Shown one piece after another: positions 46,132 through 55,605 of a stretch of DNA of 64,000 nt. Both the position numbers and the translations under genes were made by a program. Within the stretch, counting starts at the first letter, position 1; each line of letters begins with the position of its first letter. The stretch is from IMG/VR virus record IMGVR_UViG_3300012000_000005, positions 1-64,000 of that record. One strand, 5' to 3'. This DNA is from a virus. The notes under the pieces are model-generated. The model worked only from the letters and a program-made list of their open reading frames with translations, was not told the DNA's origin and did not search any database.

Positions 46132-46722
46132 ATGGCTAGCAGCATAATCAACCGCCACTCAACCTTGGCAACAGACCCGTTACGTTCGTTTCGGTTCTTT
46201 GCTCAGTTTGAGGCAGCTAAAGAAGGCGGCGTGTTTAATAACAAACTCGTCACTTGGTCAGGCGGCTTTAGCAACATCAGTGGTTTGAGCGTTAATACTC
46301 AGGCCATCCAATACCGTGAAGGCGGTTACAACACCACAGTACACCAGGTACCAGGTATGACTACCTTTACACCAATTACATTCCAGCGTGGAGTTCTTGA
46401 CGGAAATGACCAGGCAATCACATGGATGCGCGGACTTTTTGCTGCTGCAGCTGGTGAGGGTCTTAAGGTTGAAGCTGGCAAAGGCTTCCGCGTAAACATT
46501 AAGGTGTTTGTAGCAGACCATCCAAACTCAGGTCCTACAGACGTTCAGCGCTACAAGATGGGCTTCAAGATTCATAACGCCTGGATTACTGCGCTAAACT
46601 ATACAGACCTTAATGCAGCAGACGGAGCAATCTTGTTTGAGTCAATGACACTCGTTCATGAAGGACTATCAGTGTTCTTTACAGACGATGATGGCAAAGA
46701 CCCAGCAGGTCTCATTTCTTAA
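46132..46722 (+). CDS. Tail tube protein (T4 gp19-like)
   Basis: DP...F.F, YREGG, PG...F..IT..RG, NAW, E...LVHEG. Confidence 0.9.
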   Translation: MASSIINRHSTLATDPLRSFRFFAQFEAAKEGGVFNNKLVTWSGGFSNISGLSVNTQAIQYREGGYNTTVHQVPGMTTFTPITFQRGVLDGNDQAITWMRGLFAAAAGEGLKVEAGKGFRVNIKVFVADHPNSGPTDVQRYKMGFKIHNAWITALNYTDLNAADGAILFESMTLVHEGLSVFFTDDDGKDPAGLIS

Positions 46723-46749
46723 TTAACAACAACTTTAGGAGTATAAATC

Positions 46750-47544
46750 GTGCCAGATATTATTACTGATGCAGAACTTGTAAATAAATTCGCAGCAAAG
46801 GCGATGGAGGAGCCCGCACAAGTCATTAAGACGCGGGCCCCTTCAGAGTCAGAAGTATCTTTGCCAGGCGGCTTCTTAGAAGCTAATGGTGAAGTTATCA
46901 AGACAGTCGAGGTGAGGGAACTTACTGGAGCTGATGAAGAAGCAGTTGCTAAAGCTGGTTCTTCAGGCAAAGCACTTGACGTGCTATTGCAGAGGGGTCT
47001 AGCAAAAATTGGGTCTAGGACTGTAGAAAAAGAAGACCTAAACTCACTTCTTGCTGGAGATAGAGACGCAATTCTTTTAGGTATTAGAAGAGTTACGTTT
47101 GGTGACGATATGGAAATCGGTTACCGTTGCCGCACTTGCGGTGAGGAACAGAGAGACTCATTGTTACTAAGTAAAGATGTACCTGTTGTTTCTCTAGAAG
47201 ACCGTGCTCAAGAGGGCACTTTTGAAGTAGAGACTAAGAAGGGTACAGCAGTTGTTGCTTTACCAAATGGTATTACACAGCGCAAGCTGATGGAAAACAT
47301 TGATAAGACAACAGCAGAAATTAATACCTTGTTACTATCTGGATGCATTGTTTCACTAAACGGCTCACCATCTTCTGGAGCTTCTACTGCCCTATCACTA
47401 GGTATGGCGGATAGAACAAAAATCGTTGATGAGATTATCAAACGTAACCCAGGCCCACGCCTAGGGGAGGTGAAGAAGGCTTGTCAGGCATGCGGTGAAG
47501 ACGTACTTCTACCGCTTAGCTTGCTAGATTTGTTTCGCCTTTAG
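46750..47544 (+). CDS. Tail assembly chaperone (baseplate hub assembly-like)
   Basis: VRELTGADEE, GDRD..L..IR..TFG, two CxxC pairs. Confidence 0.75.
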   Translation: MPDIITDAELVNKFAAKAMEEPAQVIKTRAPSESEVSLPGGFLEANGEVIKTVEVRELTGADEEAVAKAGSSGKALDVLLQRGLAKIGSRTVEKEDLNSLLAGDRDAILLGIRRVTFGDDMEIGYRCRTCGEEQRDSLLLSKDVPVVSLEDRAQEGTFEVETKKGTAVVALPNGITQRKLMENIDKTTAEINTLLLSGCIVSLNGSPSSGASTALSLGMADRTKIVDEIIKRNPGPRLGEVKKACQACGEDVLLPLSLLDLFRL

Positions 47545-47683
47545 TGAAGCAGATTACGAAAGCCTACTAGACCAATACGAGATTCTTACTAGAACTTTTG
47601 TTGGTTGGACACTTACAGAGATTCGTGGGCTCTCACCTAGAGAGCGCATGAACTGGTTAGAGCGGTCGAAAAGGACAAGATAG
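47540..47683 (+). CDS. Probable +1 frameshift extension of tail chaperone
   Basis: Start-less +1 frame FSEADYESLLDQYE...GWTLTEIRGLSPRERMNWLE; begins at CTT-TAG. Confidence 0.6.
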   Translation, partial: FSEADYESLLDQYEILTRTFVGWTLTEIRGLSPRERMNWLERSKRTR

Positions 47684-47686
47684 TAA

Positions 47687-49963
47687 ATGGATTCTAAGCA
47701 AGGCCTAAACTTAGGCGGCTCCCATAGCGGCGCTGCTGCAAGTAACATGCAACGGTTTGAGTCTTCTGCTCGAGGCGCAAATAATAACTTGCTGCAAATG
47801 GCAAGTACGCTTCAGAGCAGAATTTTGCCTACCCTCTCATCTGCTGAGCAGATGCTTGCTCGTTTAGGTTCTCGCGCTAAAAATGTTTTCTCTGGTATGG
47901 GTGGCGGCGGTAGTTCTAATACCGTCATGGCACAACCTACCTTCTCTAATACTGGTAACAATACAACTCCTGGCGGACCTACTCCACCATCTGGTGGTGG
48001 GGGTGGTGGCGGTGGTGGCACTGCACAACCTGCGGGTAACCAGCCTAGAGGCAACACAGTATTTCAACAGCCAGCTAATACTGCTGGAACAATTGCAGCC
48101 GCAGCGGTTACCGCTGGTGGTATTGCTATGCCTTCAGTTGATGAAGCATTCAGAATGCAGTTATACACTGCACGTGGCGGACTTGTTCTTGGCGGAGCCT
48201 ATGGAAGAGCAGGCGGAACATATAACGGTGTAGGACAAGCAATCAGCGGTAGTGGCGCCAGTTCTTACAACGACACTAGAGATTTATTAAATAGAATGGC
48301 CAAGTCAGGCACAGTAAAAGATGAGTTTGACGCTGCTCGTTCTTTGCAGGTAATGCGACAAAGCGGATTATATGGAGGCTCTTCAGCAAATGCTGCACAG
48401 CTTGCCATGGGCGCTGCACAGATGTCTAACCTAACTCCTGGTATTGGAGTTGAAGGTGCTATGCAAGCACAGGGCGCTGTACAACGTGGACGTTCCGTAA
48501 ACATGTTGAGAGCAGTTGGTATTCGTATTCGTGATGACCAAGGCAACATGAAACCACTACCTCAAATTATTGATGAGTTGTGGATGAAGCTTGAAAGAGA
48601 AAAGCGTAAGAACGGCGGTAGTGGCAGCACGCTACGAGACGTACAGATATCTTTGCAACCAGGTAATGCTCTTGCAACCATGCTTGATAACCTATTTGGA
48701 AATGACCCATACCTAAGAGCTCAAGTAGAAGACGGTCTTTTGTTTAAAGCTCAAAGCGGCGGCATGAGTATGTCTGACCCAAGAGTCTCAAAGAAAATGG
48801 AACAATTAGGATTTACAACTTTTGCTGCCAAGATGCAGAGCCAAAGAACAGCACAAGCAGCAGAGTTTATCTCTCAAACTGCTCCAGCTATGGCTGATGC
48901 TAAAGGTAGAGCTGACCAAATTGTTTCATACATTAGCGGTTTCTTTACTGAAGTAGAAAAGTTTACAGGTTTAATTAGTGCATTGGGCGCTACTAAAGGG
49001 TTCTTTGAAACTCTTGGCGGTGCTGGTAAGGGAGGCCTTGGAGGCTTCTTTGCTTCGTTAATTCCAAATCCAATTGCCTCTGCTATTTCTAATATATTTA
49101 AAGCTGACGGCGGTCCTGTAGAAGAACAGCGTCCGTATATTGTCGGCGAGCGCGGTCCAGAACTATTTATGCCTAAGACAGATGGCGTAATTATTCCTAA
49201 CGATGAACTAAAGAACTACCCATTCCGACATGCTGGTGGCGCCGTAAAAGGAAAAAAGGGACACATAGAGTTAAACGATAAGTCTTCTAATGAAGACTTT
49301 GCTAAAGCTATGTTGTTACATTTAAATGCGCCTATGACTAAAGATGCTATTGAAGCTTTGAAGATATGGCAAAACTTTGAAGGCGGACACTTCCAAAACT
49401 CTGCTAAGTACAATCCTCTTAACACTACATATGATAAGTACTCTAACAAATCTATGAATAGTGTTGGGGTAAAGATTTACAATAGTTGGGATGATGGACT
49501 ACACGCAACTATTGAAACTCTTACTGGAGCTAAAGCTGGAGCACGAGGTTACTCAGATATTGTTAAAGCTTTACAAAGCGGAGCTAATAAAGAAGAGATT
49601 CTTGCTGCAATTAATAATTCAGCTTGGGTAACAGGTAAGACTGGTCAGAACCCATATAAGTTTAGTAAAAACCAAAGTGCGTCTGATTTCTCTGGTTTCT
49701 CTGGAATGTCTCCAAAAGATGGTGGGTTTACTGGTAGCGATAGATACGCTGGTTTTTGGGATGACTTTACAAAAGGATTTTGGGAAAGCTCAAAGAAGAT
49801 GCAGCAACAAGCCGCAGCTCAAGGAGCTCAAACAACTAATAACTACAATATGGGCGGAGTTGCAATTAAGGTAGATGGCTCAAGTGGTGCACTAGGTATT
49901 GCAGAGGCACTTAAAAAAGCTTTATCAGACAAAGACCTATTTAAACAAGTGATGGGGTCATAA
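47687..49963 (+). CDS. Tape measure protein with C-terminal lysozyme-like domain
   Basis: ADGGPV...YIVGERGPELF; W..FEGG...NPLNTT...GL.AT..TL. Confidence 0.8.
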   Translation: MDSKQGLNLGGSHSGAAASNMQRFESSARGANNNLLQMASTLQSRILPTLSSAEQMLARLGSRAKNVFSGMGGGGSSNTVMAQPTFSNTGNNTTPGGPTPPSGGGGGGGGGTAQPAGNQPRGNTVFQQPANTAGTIAAAAVTAGGIAMPSVDEAFRMQLYTARGGLVLGGAYGRAGGTYNGVGQAISGSGASSYNDTRDLLNRMAKSGTVKDEFDAARSLQVMRQSGLYGGSSANAAQLAMGAAQMSNLTPGIGVEGAMQAQGAVQRGRSVNMLRAVGIRIRDDQGNMKPLPQIIDELWMKLEREKRKNGGSGSTLRDVQISLQPGNALATMLDNLFGNDPYLRAQVEDGLLFKAQSGGMSMSDPRVSKKMEQLGFTTFAAKMQSQRTAQAAEFISQTAPAMADAKGRADQIVSYISGFFTEVEKFTGLISALGATKGFFETLGGAGKGGLGGFFASLIPNPIASAISNIFKADGGPVEEQRPYIVGERGPELFMPKTDGVIIPNDELKNYPFRHAGGAVKGKKGHIELNDKSSNEDFAKAMLLHLNAPMTKDAIEALKIWQNFEGGHFQNSAKYNPLNTTYDKYSNKSMNSVGVKIYNSWDDGLHATIETLTGAKAGARGYSDIVKALQSGANKEEILAAINNSAWVTGKTGQNPYKFSKNQSASDFSGFSGMSPKDGGFTGSDRYAGFWDDFTKGFWESSKKMQQQAAAQGAQTTNNYNMGGVAIKVDGSSGALGIAEALKKALSDKDLFKQVMGS

Positions 49964-51318
49964 TGCCAGTTCCATTAGCTGTTCCGTTAGCATTAGGTGC
50001 TATTAGAGTAGGCGCTGCAGTACTTGCTCGTTCTCGTGCGGTAAGCGCTGCAAAAATTGCAGTTAACGTTGCTACTAAAAGTAAAGCTGGTGGCACAGTA
50101 AAAACTGTTCTTAATAAGACTGTTAAGAATCCAACTGTTAAGACAGTTAGTGTTAGCGCTAAAGCGGCTAAAGGAACTGGTAAAGCAGCTACAGCCGTGG
50201 TAGCGCCGTCAATAGTAACTCGTGTTCTAGGATTTGCAAGAGCGGCTGGTCCTACCGCTGGTCCAGTGGGAACTGGTCTATCTGCATTAGCTGGTAGTGC
50301 TGCTTGGTATTTAACAAATAAAAAGAAAAAGAGCGGAACTAATTTAGGTAATAGACCGCTTGGTCAAGGAAGTAAAAAGGGCGGTAAGGGCGGAGACAGT
50401 GCATCTGGAACCCAACCAACTCCCGTAATACCTACACCTAACGGATTTAAATTTAACTTACCACCTCACAGTTGGAGTTTACCTACAAGACCTCAACTAG
50501 TAGTTCCTGGAATATCCAACAGCTTAGCTGAAAACGTAGTGCAACACGGACTTAGAAGAGGAAGACTTTGGTATTTTGATAATGCTGGAATTATATCTAG
50601 CTATGATTACGACACTGGCGAGCTAACTAGCGCAGCAAAAAAAGCAGAAGAAAGACGTAAAGATGGAACGTACCAGGGTGACAAAAGTACAATTACATAC
50701 AGCAAAGATATGTATAACTATGGATTCCAATTTCTTTGGAACCCAGAGTCAATCTCCCTTAGTGTTAACAGAAACATGGACGTAACTCCAACTGCAGCTG
50801 ACGTCTATACTTCTGTGTCTGGAGCATTCCCTGGGCAAGAAAGTATTTCTTTTACTGTTATCTTAGACAGAACAAATGACATGGCATGTATACGCGGTCA
50901 GTCTGGAACTTGGAAAGAATTTGCACCTTTTTATAGCAGTGGAAAACATCCATTAGCTGGCAATACCCCAACAATTGAGGAACAGATAGAAGAGCTTTCT
51001 CGTATTGGTACCATGCACGACATTGAGTATCTTTTAAAAGCTATTAACGGAGATGGTGTTTCAACCAAAGACCAACCTGGTGGTTGGACAAACTTATTAG
51101 GTAAGAAGACCGCAGACATTGGATACCTACAACCCTCTCTTCTTGCTTTTGAATTTGGTGGGGACCCCCTAGACCCTACTAACCAAAGCGCACTGTCCTA
51201 TGTAGGTTGGATTAGTTCTTTATCAGTAAATCACACGGCGTTCACTGAAGGCATGGTGCCAATTAGAAGCACCGTATCAATTGCCTTTGATTGCTTCGCT
51301 GGTTCGGCAATGGTATAG
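49963..51318 (+). CDS. Baseplate or tube-initiator protein
   Basis: FQFLWNPESI, YVGWISSLSV.HT.F...M.P.RS tube-like motifs. Confidence 0.6.
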   Translation: MPVPLAVPLALGAIRVGAAVLARSRAVSAAKIAVNVATKSKAGGTVKTVLNKTVKNPTVKTVSVSAKAAKGTGKAATAVVAPSIVTRVLGFARAAGPTAGPVGTGLSALAGSAAWYLTNKKKKSGTNLGNRPLGQGSKKGGKGGDSASGTQPTPVIPTPNGFKFNLPPHSWSLPTRPQLVVPGISNSLAENVVQHGLRRGRLWYFDNAGIISSYDYDTGELTSAAKKAEERRKDGTYQGDKSTITYSKDMYNYGFQFLWNPESISLSVNRNMDVTPTAADVYTSVSGAFPGQESISFTVILDRTNDMACIRGQSGTWKEFAPFYSSGKHPLAGNTPTIEEQIEELSRIGTMHDIEYLLKAINGDGVSTKDQPGGWTNLLGKKTADIGYLQPSLLAFEFGGDPLDPTNQSALSYVGWISSLSVNHTAFTEGMVPIRSTVSIAFDCFAGSAMV

Positions 51319-51326
51319 GAGTAGAC

Positions 51327-51608
51327 ATGTCTATATTTTCAGGTTCTCGATATGAGTATTCAACTGTTGACTTTTTTTCAGTGGTTGCAGGTGAATCAGA
51401 AAACCCTACAGTGTTCTATGAGTTTGATGACCTAGGCCTTACCTCGTATCAAAACCACAGATACCTATCTGGTGAACGTCTAGACCAACTTGCATATCGT
51501 TATTACAGCCGTCCTGAAATGTGGTGGATAATTGCTGAGTACAATCCGCAAATTGACGACCATGAAAATATTCCTAATGGAACAATATTAAGGATACCTA
51601 GTGTCTAA
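51327..51608 (+). CDS. LysM-like baseplate protein (P2 gpX-like)
   Basis: GERLDQLAYRYY..P..WW.IA.YNP......I..GT.LRIP. Confidence 0.8.
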   Translation: MSIFSGSRYEYSTVDFFSVVAGESENPTVFYEFDDLGLTSYQNHRYLSGERLDQLAYRYYSRPEMWWIIAEYNPQIDDHENIPNGTILRIPSV

Positions 51609-52947
51609 TTTTATATCTATTAGATTTCCTAATGCGTCTGTAAATCCAACATACGTTTATTCATTAACCCTGCATCAAAAGTTTTATGAACATGAAATGA
51701 TTTCTATGACTTTTAAAGACTGGGCATACTCTTTTGATAATGTTAAACCTGGTACACCAGTTGAGATTGTGTTAAGGTCAGCAAAAGATAGCAGAGATTT
51801 TTATGGGTACGTTCACCACGTTGAAGCAGATAAAACTCCAGGAAAAGACTTTGCTACTGTCCACTGTATTGGTGGCTCCTTCCCTTTAAAACAATCAAGT
51901 CAATTGTCATACAAAAATGTAACAGCAAACATGGTTGTAGAAGAGCTAGCAAATAAACATGGACTTGTTGCTATTGCAGAACCTCATCCACGCATATTCC
52001 AACAAATATCTCACCCAGGATTAACAGATTGGCAAATGCTTGTAAAACTTGCAAAGCAAGTTGGGTGGGGATTACGTTCAGAAAATACAGAAATTTACTT
52101 TCAACCACTACTAGAAGACTATAAGACGTACCGAGCTCAGGCCCCTAGATTTTTTCAAAAGCCTGTTGGTCATGGGTTTGGTGGTATCTATAGTTTTACT
52201 CCAATTATTGGAGACTCTATAAATTACGATGGCGACGTTAAAGCTGCAGTTGCTGTAGGCGGTGTGGACAAAACTACTAAGTCCGCATTAAAAACCACTA
52301 GACAAAAAAGACGCAAGGTAACCAGACGCAGGACTCAAGATGAGTTCTTTGATAGATACAACACTGATGCAGTTGCTCCTAGCCTTGAGATTATGGATTA
52401 CGAAGCTGAAGCAGCAGAGTTAAGAAACGCATTTCCATACAGAGCCACGGTTAAGGTTATTGGACAAACACGTTTAAGACCAGGAATGCCAGTGTACCTA
52501 GGAAACCTTGGTAAAGATTATTCTGGTTTTTGGACCGTGCTTGGTGCAGAACACCACTACGAGGAAACTCAAACAAAAGTCTATACATATACAACCACAC
52601 TAACTGTTGGAACCGACTCTCTTGGTGGGGCAGTTCGTTGGGATGACGGAGAAACAATTGAATCCCCAGATGCAGAAACAAAGAGAGTTATTGTTCCTGG
52701 TAAAAGACAGACTAGACAAAGACCAAAAACAAAACTAGTTAGAACTGGTATAAAAATCGGTCCTCAAACTAAAGGCAGTTTTGGAAAAATACAAAATAGG
52801 CCTAAAATAGTTAGTGCCAAAAATAGTACTGCTGTTTGGAAGACTGGTTCTAAAAACCTATCTAAATCTAAATTAGCTAACCCAGAAAAGAAACGCTCAC
52901 CCGTAATAGCAGCTAGAGTACAAAAAGCAGCAGCGAGGACCAGATGA
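51601..52947 (+). CDS. Baseplate hub protein (gpD/gp27-like)
   Basis: Q...TDW..L..LA...G; G...LRPG..V.L.....SG.W.V. Confidence 0.75.
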   Translation: MSNFISIRFPNASVNPTYVYSLTLHQKFYEHEMISMTFKDWAYSFDNVKPGTPVEIVLRSAKDSRDFYGYVHHVEADKTPGKDFATVHCIGGSFPLKQSSQLSYKNVTANMVVEELANKHGLVAIAEPHPRIFQQISHPGLTDWQMLVKLAKQVGWGLRSENTEIYFQPLLEDYKTYRAQAPRFFQKPVGHGFGGIYSFTPIIGDSINYDGDVKAAVAVGGVDKTTKSALKTTRQKRRKVTRRRTQDEFFDRYNTDAVAPSLEIMDYEAEAAELRNAFPYRATVKVIGQTRLRPGMPVYLGNLGKDYSGFWTVLGAEHHYEETQTKVYTYTTTLTVGTDSLGGAVRWDDGETIESPDAETKRVIVPGKRQTRQRPKTKLVRTGIKIGPQTKGSFGKIQNRPKIVSAKNSTAVWKTGSKNLSKSKLANPEKKRSPVIAARVQKAAARTR

Positions 52948-53489
52948 AAAACTATAACGAAAAGTTTTACGGTCTATATGAGGGCATTTGCTCAGACGTA
53001 GATGACCCAGATAAAGAAAACCGTATTAAGTTACAGGTTCCGCAGGTGCTTGGTGAAGACATTACTGAATGGGCTAGACCCTGCCTTCCTGTAACCTCTA
53101 ATAGCAACCACCCAGACCATAAAAAACATTTAGCATCTGAGGTTGCGGCTTTGTTACAGGCTCACGCTAATCACTCTGAGACTATTGGGACTACCAGCAA
53201 CGGTGTTCCTGGCGTTACTGGAGGAGGTTCTCATAGCCACTCTATTACTATTAACCTTGCTCACACCAATAACCACACTGGTAAGAGCCCAGACACTACA
53301 TACTTTTTAGACCACCCACACAAGACAGACCCTAACGAAGACAATAAACACAACGATGACCAAGAAATAACAACGGACCAACCACACCACACCCCACACA
53401 GACTGGTACCAAAGCTTGGTCAAAAAGTGTGGGTTATGTTTATTGGTGGGGACCCTAACTTTCCAGTATGGATGGGAGTAGAACTCTAA
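52944..53489 (+). CDS. Baseplate spike protein, gp5/gpV OB-fold with His-rich insertion
   Basis: YG.Y.G......DP....RIK..VP...WARPC...VP..GQ.VWV.F.GGD..FPVW.G. Confidence 0.8.
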   Translation: MKNYNEKFYGLYEGICSDVDDPDKENRIKLQVPQVLGEDITEWARPCLPVTSNSNHPDHKKHLASEVAALLQAHANHSETIGTTSNGVPGVTGGGSHSHSITINLAHTNNHTGKSPDTTYFLDHPHKTDPNEDNKHNDDQEITTDQPHHTPHRLVPKLGQKVWVMFIGGDPNFPVWMGVEL

Positions 53490-53893
53490 TGGAAACACCA
53501 GCAGCAATATCTTTGCCCTTTTCATTTAACTCTAACGGCTCATTGACCGTTAGCACAGACCCTAAAAAGATATGGCAAGACCGAGTAACTATTGCGGTCA
53601 TGACTTACTTTGGAGAAAGGGTGATGCGCCCTAACTACGGAAGCGGTGCAAAAGGCGCGGTGTTTGAAAACGCCGATACCGCTAAGTCTGTTATTAACGA
53701 GGCTGTAAGCAAGGCATTCTCAGTATGGCTATCTCCGCTAAAGCTTACAAACATTCAATACAAGTACGAGAACAATCAGGTTGATAGCTTTGAAGTGTTT
53801 TATACATACGGCGGTGGCGGTATAGCAGAGAGTGTAACTATCAATACTGCTATCCTAAGCAGGGCTGCAGAACAGGTACTGGAGGTTAGATAA
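53489..53893 (+). CDS. Baseplate wedge protein gp25-like
   Basis: T..GERVMRP.YG. Confidence 0.85.
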   Translation: METPAAISLPFSFNSNGSLTVSTDPKKIWQDRVTIAVMTYFGERVMRPNYGSGAKGAVFENADTAKSVINEAVSKAFSVWLSPLKLTNIQYKYENNQVDSFEVFYTYGGGGIAESVTINTAILSRAAEQVLEVR

Positions 53894-55605
53894 TGGCAGA
53901 ACAAAACTATATCCCGCAGGTTGACTATACCTCTAGGGACTACGCAGCTCTTAGGGAAGATTTAACTGAGTTAATACCTTTCTTTGCTCCGCAATGGACA
54001 AACAGAGACCCATCTGACTTTGGCATGGCCATCTTAGAGTTGTTCTCTTATGTAGCTGATGGTTTACATTTCTATATAGACAGAACAGTGAACGAGTCTT
54101 TTATTGATACCGCTAGCCAAAGAGAAAGCGTGCTTCAGATTGCTCAGCTGTTGGGATATACACCAACAAAGACTACCCCGTCTACAGTACTGCTTACTTT
54201 TCAAAATTCAACAGCCAGCATTATTACTGTTCCAGCTAAAACAAAAGTTGCTGCTAACGTAACTAACAACGGAGTTGTGACACAGGTAATCTTTGAAACA
54301 GATTCTGCAGTTCAGGTTCCAGCTAAATCTTTAGGTAATAACGGCTCAGCTACAGTAATAGCTACACAAGGTGAGACTGTATACGATGAGGTTATTGGAA
54401 CATCTGACGGAACAGCAAACCAAGAGTTTGAGTTGTCAGAAAGCCCAGTAATTAATGGAAGCATAACTGTAAATGTTAACGGCGTTATTTATACCGAGGT
54501 TCCATATTTGGTTGACTACAGTGGATATGACCCTGTGTTTTCTACTTACACTAACTCAGAAAAAACAACCTTTATCAAATTTGGAGACAGCATTAGTGGA
54601 CGCATTCCGTTAAACGGAGTGCAAATGACTGCTACCTACAGAGTAGGTGGTGGTCTTCTTGGAAATATTCCAGCTAACACAATTAAGTTTATTAAAACAA
54701 ATGCTGTAGCAGGTTTATCAGTTAACAACCAAGATGTTGGATTAGTATCTGGAGCTGCTGCTGGAGGAGCTGACGAAGAATCAACCGACTCTATTAGAGT
54801 CAACGCTCCAAAATCTATTAGAGCACTAAACAGAGCGGTATCTCTTTCAGACTACGCCTCTCTTGTAATTCAAGTAGCTGGCGTTGCTAAAGCTGTATCA
54901 ACAGCCGACGTGTATAGCAGCGTTACTGTTTATTTTGCCCCATACGGTGACAGCGGTCTACAAAGCGACGGTGTTACTTCTTCCCTAGTCTTTAATAATT
55001 TAAAGACAGAGATTGAAGAGTATTTAGTAGATAAAATTCCTGCTGGAACAACTATTACATTGCAGCCGCCATCATACGTAAACTGTACAGTTGTAGGAAG
55101 TATTATTGTTCTTCCAACATATAGACAAGACCAGGTTAAAGCTGCTGTTGAAGAAGCAGTACGAGACCTATTTGCTTTTGATAACGTTGTATTTAATGAC
55201 TACATTGGTTATACAGATGTACTAAAAACTATTGACTCTGTGGAAGGCGTAAGCCGAGCTAACCTACAAAAGCTTGTAAGAACTGCAAATGACCAAACAT
55301 TTACTATTAGTAATAAAGCGCTTAACAACAGCGTTGCGACTCTTACTACCTCTGTAAACCACAACATTACTGTAGGTCAGGTTGTTAGCGTTACAGGAGT
55401 TGATAGCACGTTTAACGGAATCTTTAGAGTTACTGCTAAGACTAACAACACATTTTCATTTGAGTGTGTTGCTACAAATGTTAGCTCTACCGCAGCTGTT
55501 GGTTCGGTAACTGTATACGAAGTTAACGACATTGAGTGCGCTAAGAGCGAGCTACCTCAACTATCTAGTCTAACCATTGCGGCCTCTGGAGGTATTGTTA
55601 TCTAA
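53893..55605 (+). CDS. Baseplate J/gp6-like wedge protein
   Basis: DYTSRDY, D.G..ILELF, GG.DEES...IR..AP......RAVS..DY. Confidence 0.9.
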   Translation: MAEQNYIPQVDYTSRDYAALREDLTELIPFFAPQWTNRDPSDFGMAILELFSYVADGLHFYIDRTVNESFIDTASQRESVLQIAQLLGYTPTKTTPSTVLLTFQNSTASIITVPAKTKVAANVTNNGVVTQVIFETDSAVQVPAKSLGNNGSATVIATQGETVYDEVIGTSDGTANQEFELSESPVINGSITVNVNGVIYTEVPYLVDYSGYDPVFSTYTNSEKTTFIKFGDSISGRIPLNGVQMTATYRVGGGLLGNIPANTIKFIKTNAVAGLSVNNQDVGLVSGAAAGGADEESTDSIRVNAPKSIRALNRAVSLSDYASLVIQVAGVAKAVSTADVYSSVTVYFAPYGDSGLQSDGVTSSLVFNNLKTEIEEYLVDKIPAGTTITLQPPSYVNCTVVGSIIVLPTYRQDQVKAAVEEAVRDLFAFDNVVFNDYIGYTDVLKTIDSVEGVSRANLQKLVRTANDQTFTISNKALNNSVATLTTSVNHNITVGQVVSVTGVDSTFNGIFRVTAKTNNTFSFECVATNVSSTAAVGSVTVYEVNDIECAKSELPQLSSLTIAASGGIVI

